Source: a virus
Virus record (IMG/VR): IMGVR_UViG_3300032093_000060
Coordinates: 1-64,000 of that record
DNA: 64,000 nt
Direction: 5' to 3' (one strand)
Below are positions 9,083 to 20,328 of the stretch, piece after piece. Positions within the stretch are counted from its first letter, which is position 1, and each line of letters starts with the position of its first letter. The translations under genes were made by a program, and so were the position numbers. The notes under the pieces were generated by a model. That model was not told where the DNA came from and did no database searches. It saw only the letters and a program-made list of their open reading frames with translations.

Positions 9083-12000
9083 TTAACATTTTAATGGGTT
9101 ATTTTCACCTTCAAATTTAGCTAATATTTCCGCATCTGTAATTGGTTGTAAATTAGCTATTTGATCACTTACCTCATTTGCAAATTCAGAACCTGGGTTT
9201 AAGTACTGGAATTCCTCAAATAATCTTCTACTTAAATATACGAATAATTCTTGAGGCATCAAAGCAGGATCACCATAACCATTAATTGAGAAAGCAACTT
9301 TACCTCCATCATTAATTACATCATTAATCTGAGCAATTGAGTCTTCAATAATGTTTTTAATACCGTCATAGTATTTAGCATCTAGTTTAGAAAAAGCATC
9401 AGATAAACTATTTTGTCCTGCTATTAAACCTATAGAAGAGCTATTTGCAAATCTTTTCAATAACACCTGACCGGATATTTTTTTCTTAGCAAACTCAGCT
9501 GGAGACATCTGCTCATATGCTTGTTTCTGACCAAGGCTGAATTGATATACAAAAGTAATATCTGGATTATTTTCAACTATATACTTATATGCATCTGCTG
9601 TTTCTGATAGATCATTATAAACAAAAACATTAGGATTAACAGTTGAAATTAGATTTACTCTTTTTACAATTGTTTCTGGTATCTCTGTATCTTCTTCAGA
9701 TATCTGATCTTCAAAAGACATTTCTGGGTTATTCCCCCAATAATTATATCCTTGAGATGTTTGACCCGTGGGTTCACCAATAGCTTCTTGCACTAATGCC
9801 TCACCACTTTTATTCCAAGATCTATTTGCATCTTCTGTGGAATCCATAATTACAGTACCACCGGCTTCAAGAATTTCTCTAGCATTTTCAATAGTTTCAT
9901 ATATAGCTTCTTTAGTTGCTTTATTGTTACCATTAACACTAACAAATGCTACAGTAAATTCACTTATTCTTCCTTCATAATTTATACTAATGCCACTCTT
10001 TGCTGCATCAATAGCATACTGATATGTGCTTGTACCAGGAGCTCCATATCCAACAAAATGATTTGCTAGATTAGCTTTACCTTGGTCTTTACCTTTTTTA
10101 TCAATAGATAATTTAAATCCAAATATAGACTTTGAGCTTATAGCTTTGCTTGATTTTTTAGGATTACTTAAAACATTTTCAACATCATAACCTGTCAAAT
10201 AGTTTTTAAAACGCATCTTGTTTTTATTATCAAGACCATTAGCTTTTACAAATCTATTTTTAAAATTGATTAGCATTTGATATTTCTGATCAGAACTTAA
10301 GTTTAAGAACTTAGATGTTTCATCATTCATAATATCTATAAACTGCTCAAAGTTTGTCAAGTTTAAGAAGTTGTATTTGTTTTTATTAGTACCAGCTTGC
10401 ATCATAGCAATAAATGTAATCTTTGCAAAGAAGTCACTTATTCTGTTATTCTCTTCTCTGTCAGTTACTTTTTGCACTGTTCTATCTGCAAGATCTCTAA
10501 GATTTTTTGTATAAAGATTAGACTTGAAGCTATTCATATCTTTATCATCCACAAACAAGTTAAACATTGTTTTATCAAAACTTGTGTCTACAACCATTCT
10601 AGAAAGAACAGGATAGTCTTTTACAAAATCAGTTCTATATTCAGTTTTAATTCTGTCTAGTCTTACACCATATGCAGTATCAGGATTATTAAATAGATGG
10701 TATGGATTCAATACATTATCAAGTGCTCTTGAAGCTAGAATTTTTTCATAAGCATATCTTCTTAAAAAAGTGTCATTTGCTTCAACTCTACTCTTCTTAA
10801 CATTCTCTAGTTCTTTTGCAAACTCTTTAGTTTTAACAACATCTGTTATAGGCATAAGATGTCTTAAGTACTCTCTTTCAATTACAAATCTGGTATACTC
10901 TTGTAAATTTGAATCTGTATTTTTAAATGTCCCTACAGGAAGCGGGTATAAACCACGTTTCATATAGCTATTTCTAGAATCTGAATCTTCTAAGAAGTCT
11001 TTATGGAAAAATTCTCTTTCAATTTGTACATTATCATATACCATTGTTGGTCCTTCTGGAGTTTCAACAACTTGCGCACCAAAGGTTAATCCAGCAGCTT
11101 GTGTAAGTTTAATTGAATCACTCAATGCATATGAACTATACTGATCATTAAGCTGATATTTTCTCATAGCATTTTGGAAAAGATAACTTAATAAGTCATT
11201 TCTAAATACCACTGGGAAGATATCTCTGTACTTTGCACCAAATGCTGCTTTTAGATATGCATTATTTTTAAAGTCAGATTGTATAGCATCTATATACATT
11301 TGAATATCTTCATCATATCTAAACTTAAATAATGGTTTAGATAAGCCTCTTACAAGCTTAGTATTAAAGAATGAACTAATAATTGAGTCATTAATCATAC
11401 TCATTCTGAGATCCTGATCAATCTTAGATTCTGTAGCTAACTCTTCTAGTTTTGTTTCAGCTTGTATTGCTTGACCTACATCCGTCATTGTTGATGTATC
11501 TGGATTAGATGCCATCTTTAAAGCAGTGAGACCTTGTATCTGTTGCTCAATAGTTAGAAAGTGTAAGAACATTGTGCGAGAAAGATTACTTCTAGCTGCT
11601 TTAGGATTATCCTTTGAATCCTCTATCAGTTTAAGCATTTCTTCTTCTGTAAAGAAGTTTCTACCAGCTTTAGTAAAATACTTATCTAACATATCTGCTC
11701 CTACCTCATATCTAGAAACATTATCTGCTAAATATTTTTCAAAGTTTCTAGCAATTACATTTCCAGCAGCTTTAAATGCTGGACCTTGTGTACCTGGTAA
11801 TTTTCTTAATGGTTCAGCAAATGTACTTTCTGCAAGTCTTTTTTCTTTTACATACTCTCTTACAAGAGGTTGTGATACAAAGTATACTGCTTCTTTAAAA
11901 GGAACTCCGGCTTTAAGTAAATATAATAGAATTGGAGCCACCTCATAGTTACCTTGTACAAAGAATACCCATGCATCTTTCTCAACATCCACCCAACCGT

Positions 12001-15000
12001 TCATTAACTGATTGATGATGTCAGCCACTTTATTTATACCATCAACATCATATTGTTTAGATATAGATATTACATCTTCTCCATTTTTTCTAACCTTATG
12101 GTGTCTTAATCCTAAAGTTGAGATTCTTTCATTTTCCTCAGTGCCATGTGTATACACAGCCGGCATTGTTGCACCTAATGAATTGAATATAACATTAAAG
12201 GTGTTTTCAATTGCTCCAAGACCGAGAGTCTTTTTACCTACAACATTTGACTCATGTTTATATAAGTTATATCCAACTTCAAATATTCTTGTTGGGCTGA
12301 TCACTTCTTTTTGTTTTCCACGTTTATCTGGAGCAGAAAGATTTACTGTATCAGATGACATGTTTTCTAATGGATTATAGTCCATAACAAACTGAGCTAA
12401 TTTATCTGCTGTAGGTTTAACAAGATATGTTCCGTTTGGTGTTGTTAAAGAAACAAAGTTCTCTGGCAATTCAAGTATACTTCTAATATTATTTAAGAGT
12501 AAGTTTTCAAGACCAGCTTTTTGCATAGCAAACATTTCTTCCTTAGTCAAATTATATTCAGAAGGATTTTTAAGTGCATTGTAGAACTCCTCAGCATTAT
12601 CAAACAAGGTTTGCATAACATTTCCATCAGCATCAATGTTATTCATGAATATAGATAACTTATCAATGTCAAAGTCAGCTCCTGATTTAGCTACAATTTC
12701 TGCTGGAGGTATAATTATATTACCTGCTTCTGGAGGTAAGAAATGATATATCTCCATAAATTCCATAGAGTTAAGACCCTGCACCGGAATCCTAACACCC
12801 ACCATAGTTATTGCTTTTCTGTTAGCTCCATCATTAGCATCTAACCATTCATCATCTTTAATAGCTTCATTAAGTCTATCAATTGTAGAAATAGGTTCAC
12901 CTTTATATTCTAGGTTTAATAAACTTTCGTAGTCTCCTTGTAGTGAAATAGCAACCTTCATTGCAGTTGTCAATCCATTTTTTCCAACATGATATGTAGG
13001 TAAAAAGTTAGAGCCCATGTATTTTTTAACTGCTTCAGCCCTAGCAGTTTTATTCATCTTATCTAGATCTATTGGTAATTCAAATAGACCATCATAGAAT
13101 GCAGATGATTTTTGTACAAGAGGTTCTCCTTTTACTTTTTGCTTGATTATTCTTTTGTTGATTAGAGACAATAAAAGTTTTTCAATCTTTACTGCTTCTG
13201 GATGTAGAGATAGGTCAAATCTTAAATCTCCAGCATCTGTAACATCAATAATATCAATTAAATCATCACTATATACATCATCAGCTGTAAGTGTGTCACG
13301 GATCATTTTTGCAAGCTTAGCTACACTATCTTTATCTTTAGGTACAAACTCACCGTCTTCAGTTTCTTCAAAACCAATTTCATTAATTAATTGATTTTTA
13401 AGTAGTTCAGTATATTCACCAACTCTATTAATATAATTTTGAGCAAGTTGTTTTACTCTTGGATCTTTAGAAACTATATCTCCATCTTCATATAATCCTT
13501 CAAGTACCATTTTTCTTAACTGAGTTGAGAAGATTGATACATTTTTATATTTAGAGTTTACTTCTGTTTGGTTCTTAAGATACTCTGCAAAAATTACATT
13601 TTTTGTAAATTGCACAGAACTATCAATATTACCGTTAGCATCTGTAATAACATCACCATTACCTATGTGACCAACCTTTTCTCCTGTTTCCATCAAAACA
13701 TAATCAACATTTTGAGATAACATCATATCATGAATTTGGCCCAACTTAGTTAACTCTGTGTGAACAGAAGGAATCAAAGGAGCTAATGAAAATTTGTGAA
13801 AAGATGTTAAAGGCAGTCCAGTTGTCTTAATGTTGCCATAGTACTGTAATTTATATGGAGGAAAATATTCTTTAATCTCCGCAGCAGTAATAGGTTCATT
13901 ATTTACAATTCTTTTATAAAGATTTTCTTGTTCAGGAGACCATTTATCTTCAAGAACTTTTAACATTCTATATGCTTCAAAATTAATCCATCCCTGACCA
14001 TCAGCAACTTTCATGTTATTATAGTCTTGTAATACAGTTGCTGCTAATTCTTTTGCTTTTTCTTTTGCCTCTGTTTTAGAAAAGCCTGCTTTTATAAATC
14101 TTTCAGTATATTGTTTTTCATGAAGCTTATTGTATTCATCATAGTATGGAGATTTTTCAATAACCTCTTCTCTAATTATGGCAGATGTCAACGTTCCGTT
14201 ATATGCATTTAAAGTATAACCTTCTCTTTCAGCATAGAGTCTTTGAAACATAGGACTATTTATATATGCTCTAGCTCTAAAGTCTGCACGGAACCCTCTA
14301 CCACCAGAACCTAAACCAGCATTTCTTTTATGAAACTCTTCTTTATCGTGATTGTATTGTACAGCATCACCATAAGCTAGTATTGTTGTTTCATAGTTAT
14401 GAATAAAATAGTTGTAAGTATATGCTTTGACAAACATTTTTTCTATTTGATCATTAGATAGATCTTGTTTACCAATCATTTCATAAAGACTCTGATCTAC
14501 ATATTTAGCACCTTGTAGTCTATTATAATTTTGCTGTGCCTGCTTGTTAAAGTAATTGATTATATCTTGTTTAACTTCTCTTCTTAAATCTACATTTTCA
14601 TTGATAATATCTTTAAGATTAAAGTCTTGAACATTATAATAACCACTTGCTGACATTTCTGCAGTAGCTTCTTCTATATTCTGATCTATTATTGCATACA
14701 GTTTTTCTTGTGTTTCTGAAGTCAACATGTCATCAAAAGCTGTAAATGCCTCTCCTGCTTTTACTACTTGACCATTATCTTTTCTTATTACATCTCTGTT
14801 ATAAGAAGAGAATTTTTCAAAATATGGCTTGTTTGATTTAAACCTATATATTCTTCCACCTTCTGCTGCAATATAACCAAGTATAATATTAAATGCTTCT
14901 AGTTCACCCTGATTGTTTCCAGCAACAGTATTATTTGGTGAGAAAGCTAAAGTATCTACGTATAAGTTATTTTGTTCTTTACCAGAATAAGTATTTACTT

Positions 15001-18000
15001 TTTTTGCTCTAAGATTCATTGCTGTTTGCTTAGAGGCATGTCTCATAAACTCTACCACACCGGATTGTAACATTGTATGTAGCTCTTGTAAAAATTTACT
15101 AGTAACATCTGTAGTAGCTGTTAAAGCTCCAGTAGATTCATTAGTATCTCTATTTACAATTTGAGTACCTCCAATGTTTTCTAATAAGAGCTGAGCTCCT
15201 GGAAACTTATTTCCATAATTATCTGATAATGGATTTAAGTCAAATATTGAATTTAATACTACAGAGAATTCTGAAGCAGGGTTATTTGCTTCATTCAGCC
15301 ATCTCATATGCTGAAATCTACCGTTAGGATCTGCTTTACTCATGGTTAATTGTTGCCATGTCTCAGCTCTATTTATGGAAGTTACAATTCTAGTGATAGT
15401 GTTATCTAAGAATTGTTCCCATACTCTATTCTTTTCAGGAGTTAAAACACTAAAGTTAGAATAGCCATCTGAGTATCTGTTTTGTAACTCTGCTAAACCT
15501 GTTATTTTTGTTCTAACATCCCTTGCTTTTCCACCTGCAGCTTTTTCTATTGCTTCCGGTAATCCATTTAGTAAATAATACATTGGATTAAGCTTGAAAT
15601 TTTCAGCAGCTGCATTTAATGCAATATCATCAGCTTTTGCTGATAGATGAACTAATCTTAAGTTGTCAAAAATAAAGTCAACATTGTATCTTCCTGCAAA
15701 AGATTTCTTTGGATTTCTAACAACTGTTCTAATATCAGCACTTGTCATATCCATAACAATACCAAGAGACTTTAAAAGATCATTTGCTTTAGACTGATCT
15801 AAGACTTTACCTTTATTGTCAACACTAAAATCCTTTATGATTTGTGCAACATTCAGATAATTAACACTTGAGTTATTGGGTCTTATTATATATGGGTTTG
15901 TTGCAGGATCTGCAATGTTAAAATTGGTTGTCCAATCATTTATAATTCTATATATATCAAGGTTGGCTGCAGATAATCTTGATTCATATCTAGCTTTTTC
16001 TGGTATAAATTTACCATCAACTTTTTTAGCTTTTTCTAAAACACTCTTATTAATTGTAAGTTGTATGTATGGAATAACTGGTTTTTTAAAGTCTTGCCAA
16101 AAACTTGTCTCAGATCTAAACTCACTACTATTATTATATGCAGCTGGGCCCATTTGATATGGATTAGGAAGTGCTTCAAGAACTTGAATAAATTCAGGAT
16201 TGTTATCTGTACCTTCTCTAAGTCTCTCATACATTTCTTCAAAATCCAATGAACCCTGTAGAGTTCTGGCAGTTCTATTCCACATATCATTTAGTGGTTC
16301 TAAAACTGGAAGACCAAACTCATCAGTTTCTATACTGTATGCCTTTACACCATTCTCATCTGTTTCAAAAATATAATCCTCATTTTCATCTCTTTGCAGT
16401 TTGTATATTCCTGATAACATCATTAATGTATCGTCTGTAGCTAATTCTTTTGCTGAAAAAGTATTGCCCTCAGTAGATTTGAATACAGCAACTGTTGCAT
16501 CTTCTGCATCATCAACATATTCATCTTTAAGAATACTAAATCTAGATCTTCTCATATGAAAAGATACTACACCCTTGTTAGTTTTCTTAGATAGAGATAG
16601 TGCAATGTCTCCAAAATTTGCAACTGCTTTAAATAAAGTATCAAGTTTATTTTGCTCTGCTAATTCAGTTATATAATCAGGATTTTCAGAAGTTGCATTT
16701 TTGAGAGTCAAGCCTTTTACAATGTCCACCTGCCTTTCATACAAAGCTGTTAACTGCTTCTCTACAGAAGCATACATCCTTTGTCTGTTATTTACATCTC
16801 CTAATAATCTTGTAGCACCACTTGTTGTATTATATCTTGTATTATATAGTCTAAAGTTTCTAGCAAATAAAGAATCTATAATATCAACAATTTTATTTGA
16901 TTCTGTATCTGAAATTTCTACAAATGCTTCAGCTTCATTTTTTAAAGGTTGAATAAGATTTTTAGAGCTATTCAATCTTTGGAAACCTGGCATTATATTG
17001 CTCTCTGCATTCTGAGTATCAATTGTAAAATTACCGGTGTACAGTTTTTCAAAATATTCTTTAACTACAGGAATATCATAAAGCTTTGATACATCTTTTT
17101 TACTTGTTTTTCCAAAGAAGTAATCAATTAACTTTTTAATTTTATCAAATATAGTTTGAATAAATCCTTTTTGTTTTGTACCGTTAACAGCATATTCAAT
17201 AAAGTCTTCAGCTAAGTCTTCTTCAATTTCTATATATTCTTTAGTTGCCCACTTATCATAGGTTCTAATAGTATCATATAGTTTAGTTTTTTCTTCTCTT
17301 GTAAGTACAAGCTGAGAAAAAGCATGCCATGCCTCATGGTATAATGTAATTGGTGTTGCATCTCCATAAAGATCTATTCTTGCTGCAAAACCTTCTTGTC
17401 TAAGTTTATTTGTTGCATCAGATAAAAGAGAGCCAGCAGAAAGAAATTTTCCATATGCAGTAGAGTTAAACACAAGAGCAAGTCTTTGCCTTTCTACTTT
17501 TGCTAGAAATTTTAAAGGAGTTGTATCCCACCATTTTTCTACTTCATCCCAAGTTTTAGCATTTCCATAAAGTTGATTCATCATTGATGATGCCACTTTC
17601 TTTCTCTCTATTCCTCCTTCAGGTATGTATTCAAAACCTTCAAGAAAGTCTAATGAAGGTATACTATTTATTTTTTTGTCATTTAGCTTTTGTTGTTCTA
17701 CTGTTTTTGTTGGTACAGGTTCTTTTTCTGGAACAGTAGTAGACTCATCAACTGGTAAAGCAACTTTTGCTGCAGCTTTTTTATAAGTTTTAGAGGACTT
17801 AGAAACAAATCTTTTTACAAAATTTTCTTTACTGTTTTTCTTTATTATAAATCCACCTTTTGTTCTTGCAGGATATCTTAATGCAAAACCTTTAAAGGCT
17901 CTTACTTTAACGGGAATACCTAATTTTTTTGCAGCTTTGATTGATGCTTCCGCTATACCGGTTTGACCATTGCTTACAATTTTAGTTATAGGATATTGTT

Positions 18001-20326
18001 TAACTACTTCACTAAGAATATTGTATACATACTCATCAACATCCTTTTGAGTATAACCATCCTTAGATAATAAAGCCATGTCAGTTCCAACAATGTTTAC
18101 TACACCATTAGATATCTTGGACAATCCCTGAACAATATTATTAACTGTATTTTCTGCCAGTTTAAAATTCTTTGGGGCATCCTTTTTAGAACCAATTTTT
18201 AGAGCATAGTATTTATCACTTTTTGAAATATTATTTGCTACTCCAGTGGCCATAAAAGATGTACCTAATCCAAAAACAACATCAGATTCTTTAGCATTAG
18301 CAAGCATTACTCCCTCATTATCTAAGGTACTTTGAAAAACTTCAATAGAAAATTTCTTTCCTGTTTCCTCATCTTCTTCAGTTATAGCTTTTGAAGGAAG
18401 TGAAACATTTGTACCATTATCAATATCATCTGATGTTAAATCATCATTGATTGGTGAGTCAATATCAATCTGCTCACTCAGTGGAGTTGTTAAATCTGCA
18501 GGTACAGTAAATGATAGATATGCATTTATTCCAACAAAGTAGTTTGCATCACCCTCTGTATAATCAACTTTCATGAATGGTTTAATAAAATCAAAGTAAT
18601 CTTTCTTTACTTCTCTTATTATATCAACTCCATCTTTGTTTTTTGTTATTTGATAATCAGAAAACTGCACCCCTTTTTGGATTGCACCATCAACTGCAAA
18701 GTCCTCCATGTAACTCATACTTGCTGGATATGAGACTTGAGTACCATCATTTTTATTAATGATTTTTGTTTTCATTAGATGCTTACTAATTATATCAGCA
18801 GCATCATCTTTATCTAAGTCAACATTAGTTTTTTCTTTGGTAGCAGGATCTTCTAATACAACAGAAAGCTTTTGCTCATTCAGTACTTCTTTTATCTCTA
18901 CATTAATTCTATTGTTAGTTGTAGTATTTGCTAAGAAGGTAGAGTAGTATTTAAGTTTAGCTTGTGGAGTCATAGGTTCTCCATTTAGTAAACCTTTTGT
19001 TGTTAAAACAGCTGCAATATTATCAGCAATCTCTTTTGTAATGTCCATTCTTTGTAAATAGATTTGGCCATTAACCGATACTCCAGCACTTACTTTATTA
19101 GTAAGGAAATAACTATATCCTTCAAGACCTGCTGCATGGATATAGATCATCTCAACATCATTAGCAAAATCTGTTTTAGAAAGTAACTGTGATTTATGTT
19201 CAATTATCCCGTAGCTTCCATCATTTATGGGTAGCATGACAAACTGTTGATCACTTGGTAAATTAGCAAGCTTTTCATTTAGTCTTGCTAAGTCATTCAT
19301 TTTTTGTTTTTGCTTACTTCTAATATCTGATATTAATGATTGTCTTTCTTTATCTCCATACAAAATACCATTATTAGTTTCATCAGTTATTTGTTTTTGT
19401 GCAAGTTCCTCTGCTGAAATTAAATTATATATATAACCAGAGCGATTTCCTAGATATAACTTACCTTGTCTATTTACTACAGGTCTAATATATTGATAAA
19501 CTATTCTTCCACCTTGTTTAACTACATTACCATTTTCATCAAATCTAATAGGATTACCTATTGTATCAGATATGATGGCAACATTGATATCATATGTTTT
19601 ATTCTTAGCTAAGAATGTTTTATCATCATTAGTAAGATCATCCGGTGCAAGGGATCTAATAGGTTGAGCTCTTAATGCAACTGCAGTATCACCCAACATT
19701 ACTTGATCATTTACATTCCTTTTCTTTGCACTCCATACAGTAGCTTTAATTACGTCATAGAAAAGTTTCTTTTGAGGATCTTTTTGATTTCTTTCAGCCT
19801 CACTCATTGTTTCAGGATTCTTTGCAATTGCAATATTTCCAGTTAACTTATCTGGATAATCTACTTTTGCTTTTTCCTGCACCGCAGACCAAATTCCTTT
19901 TTCATTGTTATTATTATCTTGACCAATATTTTTAGAGTTCTTATTGCTTGATTTAATACTACTCTTTATAGACTTAGAAGATGGCTTACTAACCGGACGA
20001 GTAACAAATTTTACTACATTATCTAAATTTTCAAAATCCAAAGATAAATCTTGTACATAGTCAAAACTTAAACCTGCATCTTTTCTTAAATATGTTTTAA
20101 TTTCAAGATCATTCTTAACAATGTCTAACATATCTGGAATAGCTTGTACATAAAGAAGACCATTAGGTTCATCTTTATATTCTTCGTACACCTCCTTAAT
20201 AAATTTATCAAGAGCTTTATTGTCAAATTTACCAAGTTTTGGATCATTGATTCTATCCATGATCTCTCCATGTACTATTGTGTATAAAGCACTTATATCA
20301 TTTTCAGTATAGAGTTGACAAGCCAT
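9083..20326 (-). CDS. Virion-packaged single-chain RNA polymerase (crAss-like/phi14:2 gp66 type) with accessory domains
   Basis: 3747 aa. Catalytic loop GADFDIDK (DFDID at 12662-12676) preceded by RIPVQGLNSM. ADGQGWI and STQLRK motifs, zincin HEAWH at 17324-17338, SLOG-like KIVSNGQTG near 17950. Confidence 0.88.
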   Translation of the reverse strand: MACQLYTENDISALYTIVHGEIMDRINDPKLGKFDNKALDKFIKEVYEEYKDEPNGLLYVQAIPDMLDIVKNDLEIKTYLRKDAGLSFDYVQDLSLDFENLDNVVKFVTRPVSKPSSKSIKSSIKSSNKNSKNIGQDNNNNEKGIWSAVQEKAKVDYPDKLTGNIAIAKNPETMSEAERNQKDPQKKLFYDVIKATVWSAKKRNVNDQVMLGDTAVALRAQPIRSLAPDDLTNDDKTFLAKNKTYDINVAIISDTIGNPIRFDENGNVVKQGGRIVYQYIRPVVNRQGKLYLGNRSGYIYNLISAEELAQKQITDETNNGILYGDKERQSLISDIRSKQKQKMNDLARLNEKLANLPSDQQFVMLPINDGSYGIIEHKSQLLSKTDFANDVEMIYIHAAGLEGYSYFLTNKVSAGVSVNGQIYLQRMDITKEIADNIAAVLTTKGLLNGEPMTPQAKLKYYSTFLANTTTNNRINVEIKEVLNEQKLSVVLEDPATKEKTNVDLDKDDAADIISKHLMKTKIINKNDGTQVSYPASMSYMEDFAVDGAIQKGVQFSDYQITKNKDGVDIIREVKKDYFDFIKPFMKVDYTEGDANYFVGINAYLSFTVPADLTTPLSEQIDIDSPINDDLTSDDIDNGTNVSLPSKAITEEDEETGKKFSIEVFQSTLDNEGVMLANAKESDVVFGLGTSFMATGVANNISKSDKYYALKIGSKKDAPKNFKLAENTVNNIVQGLSKISNGVVNIVGTDMALLSKDGYTQKDVDEYVYNILSEVVKQYPITKIVSNGQTGIAEASIKAAKKLGIPVKVRAFKGFALRYPARTKGGFIIKKNSKENFVKRFVSKSSKTYKKAAAKVALPVDESTTVPEKEPVPTKTVEQQKLNDKKINSIPSLDFLEGFEYIPEGGIERKKVASSMMNQLYGNAKTWDEVEKWWDTTPLKFLAKVERQRLALVFNSTAYGKFLSAGSLLSDATNKLRQEGFAARIDLYGDATPITLYHEAWHAFSQLVLTREEKTKLYDTIRTYDKWATKEYIEIEEDLAEDFIEYAVNGTKQKGFIQTIFDKIKKLIDYFFGKTSKKDVSKLYDIPVVKEYFEKLYTGNFTIDTQNAESNIMPGFQRLNSSKNLIQPLKNEAEAFVEISDTESNKIVDIIDSLFARNFRLYNTRYNTTSGATRLLGDVNNRQRMYASVEKQLTALYERQVDIVKGLTLKNATSENPDYITELAEQNKLDTLFKAVANFGDIALSLSKKTNKGVVSFHMRRSRFSILKDEYVDDAEDATVAVFKSTEGNTFSAKELATDDTLMMLSGIYKLQRDENEDYIFETDENGVKAYSIETDEFGLPVLEPLNDMWNRTARTLQGSLDFEEMYERLREGTDNNPEFIQVLEALPNPYQMGPAAYNNSSEFRSETSFWQDFKKPVIPYIQLTINKSVLEKAKKVDGKFIPEKARYESRLSAANLDIYRIINDWTTNFNIADPATNPYIIRPNNSSVNYLNVAQIIKDFSVDNKGKVLDQSKANDLLKSLGIVMDMTSADIRTVVRNPKKSFAGRYNVDFIFDNLRLVHLSAKADDIALNAAAENFKLNPMYYLLNGLPEAIEKAAGGKARDVRTKITGLAELQNRYSDGYSNFSVLTPEKNRVWEQFLDNTITRIVTSINRAETWQQLTMSKADPNGRFQHMRWLNEANNPASEFSVVLNSIFDLNPLSDNYGNKFPGAQLLLENIGGTQIVNRDTNESTGALTATTDVTSKFLQELHTMLQSGVVEFMRHASKQTAMNLRAKKVNTYSGKEQNNLYVDTLAFSPNNTVAGNNQGELEAFNIILGYIAAEGGRIYRFKSNKPYFEKFSSYNRDVIRKDNGQVVKAGEAFTAFDDMLTSETQEKLYAIIDQNIEEATAEMSASGYYNVQDFNLKDIINENVDLRREVKQDIINYFNKQAQQNYNRLQGAKYVDQSLYEMIGKQDLSNDQIEKMFVKAYTYNYFIHNYETTILAYGDAVQYNHDKEEFHKRNAGLGSGGRGFRADFRARAYINSPMFQRLYAEREGYTLNAYNGTLTSAIIREEVIEKSPYYDEYNKLHEKQYTERFIKAGFSKTEAKEKAKELAATVLQDYNNMKVADGQGWINFEAYRMLKVLEDKWSPEQENLYKRIVNNEPITAAEIKEYFPPYKLQYYGNIKTTGLPLTSFHKFSLAPLIPSVHTELTKLGQIHDMMLSQNVDYVLMETGEKVGHIGNGDVITDANGNIDSSVQFTKNVIFAEYLKNQTEVNSKYKNVSIFSTQLRKMVLEGLYEDGDIVSKDPRVKQLAQNYINRVGEYTELLKNQLINEIGFEETEDGEFVPKDKDSVAKLAKMIRDTLTADDVYSDDLIDIIDVTDAGDLRFDLSLHPEAVKIEKLLLSLINKRIIKQKVKGEPLVQKSSAFYDGLFELPIDLDKMNKTARAEAVKKYMGSNFLPTYHVGKNGLTTAMKVAISLQGDYESLLNLEYKGEPISTIDRLNEAIKDDEWLDANDGANRKAITMVGVRIPVQGLNSMEFMEIYHFLPPEAGNIIIPPAEIVAKSGADFDIDKLSIFMNNIDADGNVMQTLFDNAEEFYNALKNPSEYNLTKEEMFAMQKAGLENLLLNNIRSILELPENFVSLTTPNGTYLVKPTADKLAQFVMDYNPLENMSSDTVNLSAPDKRGKQKEVISPTRIFEVGYNLYKHESNVVGKKTLGLGAIENTFNVIFNSLGATMPAVYTHGTEENERISTLGLRHHKVRKNGEDVISISKQYDVDGINKVADIINQLMNGWVDVEKDAWVFFVQGNYEVAPILLYLLKAGVPFKEAVYFVSQPLVREYVKEKRLAESTFAEPLRKLPGTQGPAFKAAGNVIARNFEKYLADNVSRYEVGADMLDKYFTKAGRNFFTEEEMLKLIEDSKDNPKAARSNLSRTMFLHFLTIEQQIQGLTALKMASNPDTSTMTDVGQAIQAETKLEELATESKIDQDLRMSMINDSIISSFFNTKLVRGLSKPLFKFRYDEDIQMYIDAIQSDFKNNAYLKAAFGAKYRDIFPVVFRNDLLSYLFQNAMRKYQLNDQYSSYALSDSIKLTQAAGLTFGAQVVETPEGPTMVYDNVQIEREFFHKDFLEDSDSRNSYMKRGLYPLPVGTFKNTDSNLQEYTRFVIEREYLRHLMPITDVVKTKEFAKELENVKKSRVEANDTFLRRYAYEKILASRALDNVLNPYHLFNNPDTAYGVRLDRIKTEYRTDFVKDYPVLSRMVVDTSFDKTMFNLFVDDKDMNSFKSNLYTKNLRDLADRTVQKVTDREENNRISDFFAKITFIAMMQAGTNKNKYNFLNLTNFEQFIDIMNDETSKFLNLSSDQKYQMLINFKNRFVKANGLDNKNKMRFKNYLTGYDVENVLSNPKKSSKAISSKSIFGFKLSIDKKGKDQGKANLANHFVGYGAPGTSTYQYAIDAAKSGISINYEGRISEFTVAFVSVNGNNKATKEAIYETIENAREILEAGGTVIMDSTEDANRSWNKSGEALVQEAIGEPTGQTSQGYNYWGNNPEMSFEDQISEEDTEIPETIVKRVNLISTVNPNVFVYNDLSETADAYKYIVENNPDITFVYQFSLGQKQAYEQMSPAEFAKKKISGQVLLKRFANSSSIGLIAGQNSLSDAFSKLDAKYYDGIKNIIEDSIAQINDVINDGGKVAFSINGYGDPALMPQELFVYLSRRLFEEFQYLNPGSEFANEVSDQIANLQPITDAEILAKFEGENNPLKC

Positions 20327-20328
20327 TC

